NCBI GenBank assembly: GCA_028699255.1
Contig: JAQVUX010000002.1
Span: forward strand, 173,875 to 237,874
Length of the DNA stretch: 64,000 bases
From: Candidatus Omnitrophota bacterium
GTDB taxonomy: Bacteria > Omnitrophota > Gorgyraeia > 2-01-FULL-45-10
Reading direction: 5' to 3'
The notes under the pieces are model-generated. The model did not search any database and was not told the origin of the DNA. It was given only the letters and a program-made list of their open reading frames with translations. The position numbers and the translations under genes were made by a program. Of the stretch, positions 39,280-50,311 are shown piece after piece; the first letter of the stretch is position 1; the number at the start of each line of letters is the position of its first letter.

Positions 39280-40101
39280 ATGAAGAAGATATTGGCGCTG
39301 ATAGCTATAATAATGATGTGTGCCGTGTCGGCGTGCGCGCGTAAAGAGTCTCTCGCGCAGGCGGCGGAGACGTCGACGCCGGTGGTTTCCGGCACTAAAG
39401 AGACTGCCGCTCCTTCTCAGGAAGGCGACCAGATAAAGCACAAGGTAATGGCGTTCGATCTCGAAGGTTTAGGCGACGACGGTTCCAAGAAATGGGATGT
39501 TAAAGGCCAGTCCGCGGAAGCCGTCACCGAAAACCAGGTAAAACTCAATAATATAACCGCTTCGAGTTACGGTAAAGATGCCCAGGCGACCATAACCGCT
39601 GACACCGGGATGTATGACAAAGCGAAAAACAACGTCCGGCTTGAGCAGAATGTTAAGGCCGTAATCGAAAATAACGGTAACGGCGCGGAAAGCTTTATAG
39701 ACTTACAGCCGCAAAACAAAACAAACTCGTCCTCGACGCCGCCTGCTCATGGATCCGATAAGCTAAAGAAAGCGAAGACGACGATCACATGTGACGCAGA
39801 GGTGGAGTTCAGTTACGAAAAAAATGAGGGATATTTTAATAAGAACGTCCATGTAGTGAATGACGATGGCACGATAGATGCGGACAGAATTACCATATAC
39901 CTGGATCCTGCCACGAAGACGGTAAAGACCATAGTTGCCGAGGGAAATGTGAAGATCATGCGCGGTGAAAATATTACTTACAGTGACAGGGCGACATATA
40001 TGGCTCTGGAGAAGAAGATAGTGCTCTCGGGCCAGCCCAAGCTTGTCATATATCAAGAAGGCGACGATCAGATGGACTTTCTCGGCGCGTCCAAAAAGTG
40101 A
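39280..40101 (+). CDS. OstA-like LPS transport periplasmic protein (LptC/LptA family) with a lipoprotein-type signal
   Basis: Start at ATG 39280 (MKKILALIAIIMMCAVSAC); C-terminal OstA-like repeats (ITIYLDPATKTVKTIVAEGNVKIMRGE ... LSGQPKLV); immediately upstream of lptB. Confidence 0.6.
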   Translation: MKKILALIAIIMMCAVSACARKESLAQAAETSTPVVSGTKETAAPSQEGDQIKHKVMAFDLEGLGDDGSKKWDVKGQSAEAVTENQVKLNNITASSYGKDAQATITADTGMYDKAKNNVRLEQNVKAVIENNGNGAESFIDLQPQNKTNSSSTPPAHGSDKLKKAKTTITCDAEVEFSYEKNEGYFNKNVHVVNDDGTIDADRITIYLDPATKTVKTIVAEGNVKIMRGENITYSDRATYMALEKKIVLSGQPKLVIYQEGDDQMDFLGASKK

Positions 40102-40112
40102 GGTAAATAAAA

Positions 40113-40835
40113 GTGCATCTTCTGGAAACGACAGGACTTGTAAAGAGCTACGGGGCCAGGCGCGTTGTTAATTCCGTGGATATAAACGTGAAGCGCGGTG
40201 AGATAGTCGGCCTGCTCGGACCTAACGGCGCCGGCAAGACTACCACGTTTTACATGATTACCGGTATAGTTAAGCCCGATACAGGCACGATAGTGTTCGA
40301 TAAGCGCGACATCACCGATATGCCGCTTCATGCCAGGGCCCGTTGCGGCATAGGGTACCTTTCGCAGGAGCCATCCATATTTCGCAAACTCACCGTGGAG
40401 GAGAATATCATGGCGGTGCTTGAGACGCTGGGCTTCTGTCCGCGTGAACGTAAACGAAGATGCGACGAGCTTTTAAATGAGCTCAAGATAGCTCATCTAA
40501 GGCGTCACAAAGCGTACACCCTGTCGGGCGGCGAAAAAAGGCGCGTCGAGATAACGCGCGCGCTCGTTACGAATCCAATGTTCATTTTACTCGACGAACC
40601 TTTCAGCGGTATCGATCCGATAGCGGTTGCCGAATGCCAGGAGATAATAAAAGATTTACGAAATAAAGGTTTGGGCGTGCTCCTGACCGACCATAACGTT
40701 AGGGAGACTTTGACGATAACAGACCGATCGTACATTATGGCCGACGGCAAGATATTGATATCAGGGCCGAAGGAAGACCTTATATCCAGCCCCAAAGCGC
40801 GCGAGATATATCTGGGTGAAAAATTCACGATGTAA
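40113..40835 (+). CDS. lptB: LPS export ABC transporter ATP-binding protein
   Basis: 240 aa; Walker A GPNGAGKTT, signature LSGGEKRR, Walker B ILLDEP. Confidence 0.85.
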   Translation: MHLLETTGLVKSYGARRVVNSVDINVKRGEIVGLLGPNGAGKTTTFYMITGIVKPDTGTIVFDKRDITDMPLHARARCGIGYLSQEPSIFRKLTVEENIMAVLETLGFCPRERKRRCDELLNELKIAHLRRHKAYTLSGGEKRRVEITRALVTNPMFILLDEPFSGIDPIAVAECQEIIKDLRNKGLGVLLTDHNVRETLTITDRSYIMADGKILISGPKEDLISSPKAREIYLGEKFTM

Positions 40836-40841
40836 TTTTTT

Positions 40842-40859
40842 TTGCATTTGTGATATAAT
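40842..40859 (+). promoter_or_regulatory. putative sigma-70 promoter for tig with an extended -10 (TGATATAAT) and a TTGCAT -35-like hexamer
   Basis: TGnTATAAT at 40851-40859, ~40 nt upstream of the tig GTG; the -35/-10 spacing is short (6 nt), so the call rests on the extended -10. Confidence 0.35.
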
Positions 40860-40899
40860 CCCTCTTTTGAAACTTTAATTAAATCAATAAGGAGAAGAA

Positions 40900-42174
40900 G
40901 TGAAAGCAAAGATAAAGTCCATTGAAGAATGCGCGTCATTACTCGAAATAGATGTGTCTAAAGAAGATATCGCGAAGGCATTCGATGAGGTCTATGCCGA
41001 GATAACGAAGTATGCCGTCATCCCCGGATTCAGGGCAGGAAAGGCGCCGAAAGAGCTCGTCAAACAGCATTATGCCAAGAGCGCGCGCGAAGAGGTTTTA
41101 AAACACCTGATCCCGGATGCATACCGTGATGCCGTAATAGAACATAAGCTGTCTCCTATAGGCATGCCGGATATAAGCGACGTCAATTTCGAAGGCGAAA
41201 CTTCGCTTTCGTTTAAAGCCCGCGTCGATACCAGGCCGAATTTTAAATTAAAAAATTATAAAGGCATAAAAGTCGATAAGAAAAAGGTGAGCGTATCCGA
41301 CGAAGATATAGACAGGATGATCTCCAATTTAAGAGATGTCAACGCAACGTATGTTAATGTCGAAGACAGGCCCTCCGCCATGGGTGATTATATAGTGAGC
41401 GATCTCGATTGCTCCGTGGACGGGAAGAGCGTTCACAAGACCAGGGAGAACCTGTGGTTATTCCTCGACAAGGACGCGCTGGTTCCCGGCCTTACCGAGA
41501 AGATGACTGGGATGAAAAAAGGCGAGGAACGCGACATTGAGGCGCCGTTCCCGGAGAAGTATCCGGATAAGAATGTTGCGGGGAAGATGGCGAAGTATCA
41601 TGTAAAAGCCAAAGAGATAAAGAAACGCCAACTGCCGGAATTGAACGACGAATTCGCGAAGATATTCGGCAAGGCGAATATGGCCGAGCTGAAAGCGGAG
41701 ATATCGAAGGAGCTGGCCGCGCGCGCGGCGGCGGATGCCGAGATCGACGTCGAGAACCAGATGCTGAATAAGCTGATCGATGCCAACGCATTCGCGGTGC
41801 CATCGAGTTTTGCCGCCCGTCAGCTCGACTTCATGGTCGAGGACGCGAAACATCATCTTATGTCCAAGGGTTTTAAGAAAGAGGATCTCGATAAAAAGAA
41901 CGATGAACTTAAGGGCAAGTTCAAGGACGAGTCGGTACGGAAAGTACGGCTTCTGTTCATTCTCGACGACATAGCGAATCAGGAGAAGATCGCGGTTTCC
42001 GACGAAGATCTCAATGACGCGTATAAGGCTATATCCGCGCAATCCGGCAAGAGTGAAAACGAGATCCGCGCGCATTATGAAAAAGAGGATATCGTTGACA
42101 ATTTGAAAGATAAGATACGAGAAGGGAAAGTCGTTCAGTTCTTGATCAAGAACGCCGAGATAGCGGAAAAGTAA
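40900..42174 (+). CDS. tig: trigger factor
   Basis: 424 aa; N-terminal ribosome-binding signature (GFRAGKAP) and FKBP-type middle domain. Confidence 0.9.
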   Translation: MKAKIKSIEECASLLEIDVSKEDIAKAFDEVYAEITKYAVIPGFRAGKAPKELVKQHYAKSAREEVLKHLIPDAYRDAVIEHKLSPIGMPDISDVNFEGETSLSFKARVDTRPNFKLKNYKGIKVDKKKVSVSDEDIDRMISNLRDVNATYVNVEDRPSAMGDYIVSDLDCSVDGKSVHKTRENLWLFLDKDALVPGLTEKMTGMKKGEERDIEAPFPEKYPDKNVAGKMAKYHVKAKEIKKRQLPELNDEFAKIFGKANMAELKAEISKELAARAAADAEIDVENQMLNKLIDANAFAVPSSFAARQLDFMVEDAKHHLMSKGFKKEDLDKKNDELKGKFKDESVRKVRLLFILDDIANQEKIAVSDEDLNDAYKAISAQSGKSENEIRAHYEKEDIVDNLKDKIREGKVVQFLIKNAEIAEK

Positions 42175-42191
42175 AAAGCCACAAGGAGGGC

Positions 42192-42791
42192 GTGATGAGC
42201 GTATTGGTTCCCATGGTAATAGAAACGAGCGGAAGGTCCGAGAGGGCATATGATATATATTCGCGTCTTTTGAAGGACAGGATCATATTCATTGGAACGC
42301 CGATCGACGACGTTGTCTCTAATCTCATTATAGCTCAGCTTTTATTTCTTCAGATGGAAGACCCGGGCAAAGATATTGAGGTATATATCAATACGCCCGG
42401 AGGATCGGTCACGAGCGGGCTGGCGATATACGACACGATGCAGTTCGTTAAGCCGGACGTCAATACCTACTGCGTCGGGCAGGCGAGCAGTATGGGCGCT
42501 GTGCTTCTGGCCGCAGGCAGGCCGGGTAAGCGTTACGCGCTTCCGCACGCGCGTATAATGATCCACCAACCGTGGGGCGGTTTTCAAGGGCAGGCCACTG
42601 ATATAAGCATACAGGCGCAGGAGATACTGCGGTTGCGTTCCAAGATCGAGGAGATCCTCGCAAAGCATACGAAACAACCGCTTGAGAAGATAAAGAAGGA
42701 TACAGAAAGGGACTATTTTATGTCGGCGGAGGAAGCCAAGACGTACGGGATAGTCGATGAGGTTATTGCGAACGTAACGCGGAAGAAATAA
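42192..42791 (+). CDS. clpP: ATP-dependent Clp protease proteolytic subunit
   Basis: 199 aa; catalytic Ser/His contexts ([14 protein letters not shown]). Confidence 0.95.
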   Translation: MMSVLVPMVIETSGRSERAYDIYSRLLKDRIIFIGTPIDDVVSNLIIAQLLFLQMEDPGKDIEVYINTPGGSVTSGLAIYDTMQFVKPDVNTYCVGQASSMGAVLLAAGRPGKRYALPHARIMIHQPWGGFQGQATDISIQAQEILRLRSKIEEILAKHTKQPLEKIKKDTERDYFMSAEEAKTYGIVDEVIANVTRKK

Positions 42792-42805
42792 GATAGGAGA
42801 TTAAA

Positions 42806-43939
42806 GTGAAGAAACATTATTTGATGACCCCGGGCCCGACCCCGGTGCCGCAGGAAATAAGAGATGAGATGGCCAGGCCGATGATACATCATCGTACGAA
42901 GGAGTACCAGGCCATATTTAAGGATGCTACCGAGGGCCTGAAGAAGATATTCAAAACTTCGGGAGACCTCTTTACTTTTACCTCGAGCGGTACCGGCGCC
43001 ATGGAGGCGTCCATCGTCAATGTGATGTCGCCGGGCGATAAGATAATCGTAGTGCGCGGAGGCAAATTCGGCGAAAGATTTGCTGACATTGCGAAGGCGT
43101 ATGGCGTGGAAGTCGTCATAATAGATGTCGAGTGGGGCGATGCGCCTAAGCCGGAAGTCATCAGGGAAGCTCTTAAGAGTAACCCGGAGGTAAAGGGCGT
43201 ATATACGACTCTTTGTGAAACGTCCACTGCCACCGTCTATGACATAAAGGCGATAGGAGAGGTTGTACGAAAAACGAACGCGCTTTTCATCGTCGACTGT
43301 ATAAGCGGACTTGGCGCGGACAGGTTCGAGAACGACGCGTGGGGAGTTGACATAGCCATCTGTGGTTCGCAGAAGGGGCTCATGATACCTCCGGGGCTCG
43401 CGTTCTGTTCTGTAAGCGAGAAGGCATGGAAGTCGGTCGAAGAATCGAAATTGCCGAAGTTTTATTTTAATTTTAAAAAATACAAGAAAGCATATCTCAA
43501 CACGGATACGCCGTTTACCTCTGCCATAACGCTCGTCATAGGCCTCAAGAAGGCTGTCGAGACGATCAATAAAATAGGCGTGGATAATGTGATAGCCGAA
43601 CATGAGAACATGGCCAAGGCATTTCGCGAGGCATGTAAGGCTATGGGACTGACGATATTCTCCAGGCATCCCTCGTCGGCAGTTACGGGTGTGAATGCGC
43701 CCGCGGGCATAAATGCCGATGATATAATCAAATTACTTAAGACGGAATATGGCGTTACATTTGCCGGAGGCCAGGACGCTCTCAAGGGTAAGATCTTCAG
43801 GGGCGCTCACATGGGCGGTATAGATAAGGAACATACCGTAGAATCGATAAAGGCGCTGGAGTCTGCGCTTACAAAGCTGGGATATAAATTCAAAGCTGGT
43901 AGCGGGATAGACGCCGCGGCCGGGATATTAGGAAGGTAG
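42806..43939 (+). CDS. class V (AGXT/SerC-like) aminotransferase, likely phosphoserine aminotransferase
   Basis: 377 aa PLP fold-type I class V pattern (PGPTPVP, SGTGAMEA, GSQKGLMIPPG); located directly upstream of serA. Confidence 0.65.
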   Translation: MKKHYLMTPGPTPVPQEIRDEMARPMIHHRTKEYQAIFKDATEGLKKIFKTSGDLFTFTSSGTGAMEASIVNVMSPGDKIIVVRGGKFGERFADIAKAYGVEVVIIDVEWGDAPKPEVIREALKSNPEVKGVYTTLCETSTATVYDIKAIGEVVRKTNALFIVDCISGLGADRFENDAWGVDIAICGSQKGLMIPPGLAFCSVSEKAWKSVEESKLPKFYFNFKKYKKAYLNTDTPFTSAITLVIGLKKAVETINKIGVDNVIAEHENMAKAFREACKAMGLTIFSRHPSSAVTGVNAPAGINADDIIKLLKTEYGVTFAGGQDALKGKIFRGAHMGGIDKEHTVESIKALESALTKLGYKFKAGSGIDAAAGILGR

Positions 43940-43946
43940 GTCAAAG

Positions 43947-45533
43947 ATGTCATTTAGAGTTCTGATAAGCGACTCTCTTTCGAAAGAGGCGGTCGAGATA
44001 CTTCAAAAAGAAAAAGAGTTCAAGGTCGATGTCAATACGAAGATGACGCCGGAGGAGCTTAAAGCGGCGATAAAGGATTACGACGCTCTTCTTGTGCGTA
44101 GCGCGACGAAAGTAACCAAGGATGTGATCGAGGCCGCTTCAAAACTCAAGATAATCGGCAGGGCCGGAGTTGGATTGGATAACGTTGATGTAGAGGCCGC
44201 TTCGAAAAAAGGCATTATAGTCGTAAATACGCCCGCCGGTAACACTATATCGACCGCCGAGCACGCATTCTCCATGATGATGGCGTTGTCGCGGAATATC
44301 CCGCAGGCGGATATGTCGGTGAAGAAGGGTGAGTGGGAGAGAAAGAAATTTATGGGCGTGGAGCTTTACGGCAAAACGCTCGGTATAGTGGGTTTAGGCA
44401 GGATAGGCACCGAGGTAGCCAGGCGCGCTCTTGTTTTTGGGATGAAGGTCATGGCGTACGACCCGTTCCTGTCCGTGGAAAAGGCCAAAGAACTCGGCAT
44501 AGAACTTGTCGATATCATGACGATATACAAGAATGCCGATTACATAACGGTGCATACTCCTCTTACGGATGAGACGCGGCATATGATCTCGGATAAAGAA
44601 TTTGCGGTGATGAAGAAGAGCATTCGTCTTATCAATTGCGCCAGGGGCGGAATAATTGACGAAGAGGCGCTCGTGAGAGCCATCGAGGCCGGTAAAGTGG
44701 CGGGTGCCGCGTTCGACGTGTTCGAGGAAGAGCCGCCGAAGAACTCGAAGCTCGCGAAGCTCGACAAGGTAGTGCTGACGCCGCATCTGGGCGCATCTAC
44801 AGAAGAGGCGCAGATGAATGTCGCCATCGATGTTGCCAACACTGTACGCGACGCGCTTTTAGGCCGCGGGGTGAAGAATGCGGTCAATGTTCCGTGCGTC
44901 GATCCCGAAGTTTATAAAGTCCTCGAGCCGTACCTGAAACTCGCCGAGAATATCGGCTGTATGCAGACACAGCTTGTCGACGGGCACATAAAGAAAGTAA
45001 AGATCAGGTATGTGGGCGATCTTCTGAAATATGATCTGACCCCGTTTACCGCGACCATTATGAAGGGCTTGCTAAAGCCCATAATGCAGGATACCGTCAA
45101 TTTCGTCAATTCGCTCGTCATGGCCAAGGAGCGCGGGATAACCATCGTTGAGTCGAAGACCGACCGGATACAGGATTTCGCCAGCTTGATATGGGTGGAG
45201 GTCGAGACGGACAGGATGACGAGCTCCATATGCGGCACGCTTTTTACTAAGGTTGATCCGAGGATAGTGAAGGTAAATGATTTTTACGTCGATTTCGTAC
45301 CCGAGGGAACTCTCCTGATGGTATTTAATAAGGACGTGCCCGGGATAATAGGCCACATAGGCACTATATTCGGGAAGAATAAGATAAACGTCGCGAGCGT
45401 GTCGTTCGGCAGGGAAGCGAAAGGCGGCCGCGCGGTAAGCGTGTGGAATGTCGATAGTGAAGTGTCGAAGAAGGTGCTCGACGAGATAAAGAGTTCAGGG
45501 GATGTTTACGAGCTGAAACTTGTTAAATTGTAG
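43947..45533 (+). CDS. serA: D-3-phosphoglycerate dehydrogenase with C-terminal ACT domain
   Basis: 528 aa; NAD motif GIVGLGRIGTEVA, catalytic region, and ACT domain at the C-terminus. Confidence 0.9.
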   Translation: MSFRVLISDSLSKEAVEILQKEKEFKVDVNTKMTPEELKAAIKDYDALLVRSATKVTKDVIEAASKLKIIGRAGVGLDNVDVEAASKKGIIVVNTPAGNTISTAEHAFSMMMALSRNIPQADMSVKKGEWERKKFMGVELYGKTLGIVGLGRIGTEVARRALVFGMKVMAYDPFLSVEKAKELGIELVDIMTIYKNADYITVHTPLTDETRHMISDKEFAVMKKSIRLINCARGGIIDEEALVRAIEAGKVAGAAFDVFEEEPPKNSKLAKLDKVVLTPHLGASTEEAQMNVAIDVANTVRDALLGRGVKNAVNVPCVDPEVYKVLEPYLKLAENIGCMQTQLVDGHIKKVKIRYVGDLLKYDLTPFTATIMKGLLKPIMQDTVNFVNSLVMAKERGITIVESKTDRIQDFASLIWVEVETDRMTSSICGTLFTKVDPRIVKVNDFYVDFVPEGTLLMVFNKDVPGIIGHIGTIFGKNKINVASVSFGREAKGGRAVSVWNVDSEVSKKVLDEIKSSGDVYELKLVKL

Positions 45534-45558
45534 GTAAATAAAAGGCGAGGTCTACAAC

Positions 45559-46800
45559 ATGGCGAAGCAGAATAAGATATACATAGTTGATGTTACTAAT
45601 AGGGATGGCGTTCAGACCTCTCGGCTGGGTCTTGCCAAACTCCAGAAGACGATGATCAACCTTTACCTTAATGATATGGGTGTGACGCAGTCGGAGTTCG
45701 GTTTTCCTGTTACGCGCCATGAGACGAATTATTTAAACGCCAATCTTGAGCTCGCTAAATTAGGGGTGCTCAAGCCTATCGTGCTGAGCGGTTGGATCAG
45801 GGCCATAAAAAGCGATGTCGAGAAGGCGTGCAAAATGACGAAAGTGGAAAACTTAAATCTTTCGATATCGACGTCCGAGCAGATGATAAACGGCAAATTT
45901 CAGGGCAAGTTTACAAAGGAAGATGTTATAAAAGAGATGGTCGAAGCGGTGCGTACAGCGAAAAAATTTGGCATAAAATACGTAGGCGTGAACGCGGAAG
46001 ACGCGTCAAGAACTCATATCGATTATCTCATAAAATTCTCGCGAGCCGCCAAGAAGGCAGGCGCCGAAAGGATAAGATATTGTGACACGCTCGGTTACGA
46101 CGATCCTTTTACGATATATGAGAGAGTTAAAGTATTAGCGTCCGAAATAAAATTACCCATAGAACTTCATTGCCACAACGATCTCGGCATGGTTGTGGCG
46201 TGCTCGGTCGCGGGCGCAAAGGCGGCGATAGACGCAGGCGTAGATGCCTATATCAATACCACTGTTAATGGCATGGGTGAGCGCGCCGGTAACGCGGATC
46301 TTGTCAGCGTTATTCTGGCGGTAAAATATTCGAGCGGTTTTCAGGGTAAGAAATATATTCTTGATGAGAGGGTTAAGCTATCTTCCGCCTGGAAGCTGGC
46401 CAAATACGCCTCGTACGCGTTCGATGTGCCGATACCTATAAATCAACCGGGCGTGGGCGCCAATGCGTTCGCGCATGAGTCCGGCATACATGCCGACGGC
46501 GCGCTTAAAGACAGGCGTAACTACGAACTCTACGACTTTGAAGAGCTCGGCCGCGGCGAGCCCGAAATAATAGATACCGGCAGACAGATAACTGCGGGAG
46601 AATACAGTGGTATTAAAGGTTTTAGGAATGTTTACGACAAGCTAGAAGTGAAGTTCAAGGACGAGAAAGAAGCGACGAAGATATTGGAGCTTGTAAGGTA
46701 TGCCAATGTCCATACTCAACAGCCGCTTACCGAAGACGAGCTTTTATTTATCGCGCGGCATCCGGAAATAGCGCGTAAAATATTTACAATGACGCCGTAA
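45559..46800 (+). CDS. LeuA/NifV/CimA-family alpha-ketoacid-acetyl-CoA condensing enzyme (HMGL-like)
   Basis: 413 aa; VDVTNRDGVQ and HCHNDLGM motifs. Confidence 0.7.
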   Translation: MAKQNKIYIVDVTNRDGVQTSRLGLAKLQKTMINLYLNDMGVTQSEFGFPVTRHETNYLNANLELAKLGVLKPIVLSGWIRAIKSDVEKACKMTKVENLNLSISTSEQMINGKFQGKFTKEDVIKEMVEAVRTAKKFGIKYVGVNAEDASRTHIDYLIKFSRAAKKAGAERIRYCDTLGYDDPFTIYERVKVLASEIKLPIELHCHNDLGMVVACSVAGAKAAIDAGVDAYINTTVNGMGERAGNADLVSVILAVKYSSGFQGKKYILDERVKLSSAWKLAKYASYAFDVPIPINQPGVGANAFAHESGIHADGALKDRRNYELYDFEELGRGEPEIIDTGRQITAGEYSGIKGFRNVYDKLEVKFKDEKEATKILELVRYANVHTQQPLTEDELLFIARHPEIARKIFTMTP

Positions 46801-46803
46801 TAT

Positions 46804-47460
46804 ATGGGGTGGGGCATGAAGGATCTTAAGGTGCTGGCGCTTGGTTTTGTTGTGAGTTGCTTTATGAGCGCTCCAATAAGCGCGTTCGGTGCAGACACCG
46901 CGAAGCAAGAAACAGCAACTGCGTCCGTTACCGCTGAGCCGGTTACCGGGAAGATCGTTGCCGCCGGTGTTGCCTCCGGCTCCGGGAAGACCGCCGCTGG
47001 GGCCACTACCGGTATCGCGGCTACTTCCGACGCTACCGCCCCCGTGACGGCCGAAGCGCCGCAGAAAGAGCTGACGAAAGCGGAGAAACTCGATCGGGTC
47101 AATGAGAGCTTGAATAATTTTGCGGAGATAATGAATTTTATTCCAGACTTGAAAAAGGAAGTGGATTCTAACGGTAAGGCATCTTATACATTTCAGGGCA
47201 AGAAGCTGGAGAATCTCGACGATGAGACGCTGGGGAAATTGTTCGGCAGGGTAAGGAACGAGGCCTCGCGCATAAGGACGGAGAGAGTTAATAAGCAGTT
47301 GAATTTTATACGCAAAATGGAACAATTTAACAGGCAGAGAAGGGCGATCGCTACGACGTCGGCCAAAACCAACTACAATATTCCAAAGGCTACCGCCACA
47401 ATATCGACTCCAAAAATACCAAAGATACCGAAGATCCCAAAGACTACGTCTTATAAATAA
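46804..47460 (+). CDS. hypothetical secreted protein with a C-terminal PKIPKIPKIPK repeat
   Basis: 218 aa; signal-like N-terminus; Ala/Thr/Gly-rich linker; tandem 9-nt repeats encoding (PKI)n at 47404-47440. The start may be ATG 46816. Confidence 0.45.
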   Translation: MGWGMKDLKVLALGFVVSCFMSAPISAFGADTAKQETATASVTAEPVTGKIVAAGVASGSGKTAAGATTGIAATSDATAPVTAEAPQKELTKAEKLDRVNESLNNFAEIMNFIPDLKKEVDSNGKASYTFQGKKLENLDDETLGKLFGRVRNEASRIRTERVNKQLNFIRKMEQFNRQRRAIATTSAKTNYNIPKATATISTPKIPKIPKIPKTTSYK

Positions 47461-47463
47461 TAA

Positions 47464-48747
<1,284 letters not shown>

Positions 48748-48757
48748 CGGTTTTGCC

Positions 48758-48786
48758 TTGACTTTAAAAGTGTGCGGTGCTAACAT
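48758..48786 (+). promoter_or_regulatory. putative sigma-70 promoter (TTGACT-17-TAACAT) upstream of the OmpA-family gene
   Basis: Hexamers with 17-nt spacing in the 81-nt intergenic region, ~45 nt upstream of the start codon. Confidence 0.3.
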
Positions 48787-48828
48787 TTTAAACATTAGTG
48801 GTTTCGAACATTAAACAGGAGGAGCAAG

Positions 48829-49509
48829 ATGAGGAAGGTCGCTGTACTGGCTTTAGCGTTAATTTTCACAGTTTCATTGACGGGTTGCGCGCTCAATTTC
48901 TACAAAGGTAAACCGGAGCAGGAACGCAAGATAAAACAGTTGACCAGTCAGCTTGAGGATCTTGAGCAGGCTAAGCGTACCCTCGAGGAGCGGCTCGCCA
49001 AAGAGATAGCGGACAATCAGATACTTTTAGAGCAGACTCAGAGGGGCCTTATCATAACCATGGCGAACGACATCCTCTTCGATTCCGGCAAGGCGAAGCT
49101 GAAGAAGAATGCTTATCCCGCCCTCGATAAGGTCGCGGTAGTTTTGAACGAAACGGTCCCGGATAGAGATATAGGCGTGGAAGGTCATACCGATTCCGCT
49201 CCGATAAAGCGTTCCGGATGGAAATCAAACTGGGAGTTGTCCTCGGCGCGCGCTACCAACGTGCTCCATTATCTTATAGGCAAAGATGTCAGTCCCCGCC
49301 GTCTCTCGGCGATAGGATACGGTGAATTCAGGCCGGTTGACGCGAATGATACTAAAGAAGGCCGATCGAGGAACCGCCGCGTCGAGATAATTATCCTTCC
49401 CAAAGAGATGAGCAAGAAGTCATACGAAGAGATACAGGGCAAGATATCGGAAGAAGCTAAGGCGGCTGAAGAGTCAAAGGCCCCCGAAGCGCAGGAGTCG
49501 GTAAAATAG
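48829..49509 (+). CDS. OmpA-family peptidoglycan-binding lipoprotein (Pal/MotB-like)
   Basis: 226 aa; lipobox LTGC; coiled-coil segment; C-terminal OmpA motif (TDSAP...NWELSSARATNV...NRRVEI). Confidence 0.8.
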   Translation: MRKVAVLALALIFTVSLTGCALNFYKGKPEQERKIKQLTSQLEDLEQAKRTLEERLAKEIADNQILLEQTQRGLIITMANDILFDSGKAKLKKNAYPALDKVAVVLNETVPDRDIGVEGHTDSAPIKRSGWKSNWELSSARATNVLHYLIGKDVSPRRLSAIGYGEFRPVDANDTKEGRSRNRRVEIIILPKEMSKKSYEEIQGKISEEAKAAEESKAPEAQESVK

Positions 49510-49547
49510 GACAGGTAAGCGGTTGTCATTAAATATGGATCATAAAC

Positions 49548-49581
49548 CAGCAATGGGGGATTTTTACATCCCCCATTGCTG
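49548..49581. terminator. perfect 13-bp stem hairpin (CAGCAATGGGGGA-tttttaca-TCCCCCATTGCTG) between the ompA-like gene and uppS
   Basis: Read directly from the sequence; there is no flanking U-tract on either strand, so terminator function is uncertain. Confidence 0.4.
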
Positions 49582-49606
49582 TTACTGAGCAATATACGTA
49601 AAATAT

Positions 49607-50311
49607 ATGAGCCCCGAAAAGATACCTCAGCACGTTGCGATCATAATGGACGGTAACGGCAGATGGGCAAGAGCGCATCATCTACCGAGGATAGCCGGCC
49701 ATCGCGCCGGCGCGTCAAGCGTCCGTCAGGTGATAGAGGCCGCCAGGGAATGCGGAGTAAAGGTGCTGACGCTGTATACTTTTTCGACGGAGAACTGGAA
49801 GAGGCCGAAGGACGAGGTCGATAAGCTTTTCGGGCTTCTCGAAGAATATCTCGACAAGGAAGAAAAATCTTTAAATAAAAATAACATACGATTTTCGACC
49901 ATAGGTGATATCGACGCTATGCCGGAATCCGTCCGCGCAAAGATCCGGAAAGTGACGGCATCCACCGCCGGGAATACGGGCCTTGTGCTGAACCTGGCTT
50001 TGAATTACGGCGCCCGGCACGAGATATTGAACGCCTGCCGCGGTATTGCCAAAGCGGCAGTGGCCGGGAGGCTCGATCCGGAAGCGATAGACGAGGCCGG
50101 TTTCGCCGATTATTTATATACCAAAGATCTGCCGGACCCGGATCTTATGATACGTACTTCGGGCGAATGCCGCCTATCCAATTTTCTGCTTTGGCAGATC
50201 GCCTATTCAGAGCTTTACATAACTAAAAAGTTCTGGCCTGATTTCAAAAAGCCGGATTTTAAAAAAGCATTAAAGGAATACGAAAGGAGGGAGAGGAGAT
50301 TTGGCGGATAA
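49607..50311 (+). CDS. uppS: undecaprenyl diphosphate synthase
   Basis: 234 aa; HVAIIMDGNGRWA and cis-prenyltransferase fold signatures. Confidence 0.9.
   Translation: MSPEKIPQHVAIIMDGNGRWARAHHLPRIAGHRAGASSVRQVIEAARECGVKVLTLYTFSTENWKRPKDEVDKLFGLLEEYLDKEEKSLNKNNIRFSTIGDIDAMPESVRAKIRKVTASTAGNTGLVLNLALNYGARHEILNACRGIAKAAVAGRLDPEAIDEAGFADYLYTKDLPDPDLMIRTSGECRLSNFLLWQIAYSELYITKKFWPDFKKPDFKKALKEYERRERRFGG

Noticed and set aside
42713-43669. 318-aa minus-strand ORF
   Set aside because: Antisense to the class V aminotransferase, which has clear PLP-enzyme motifs. Shadow ORF.
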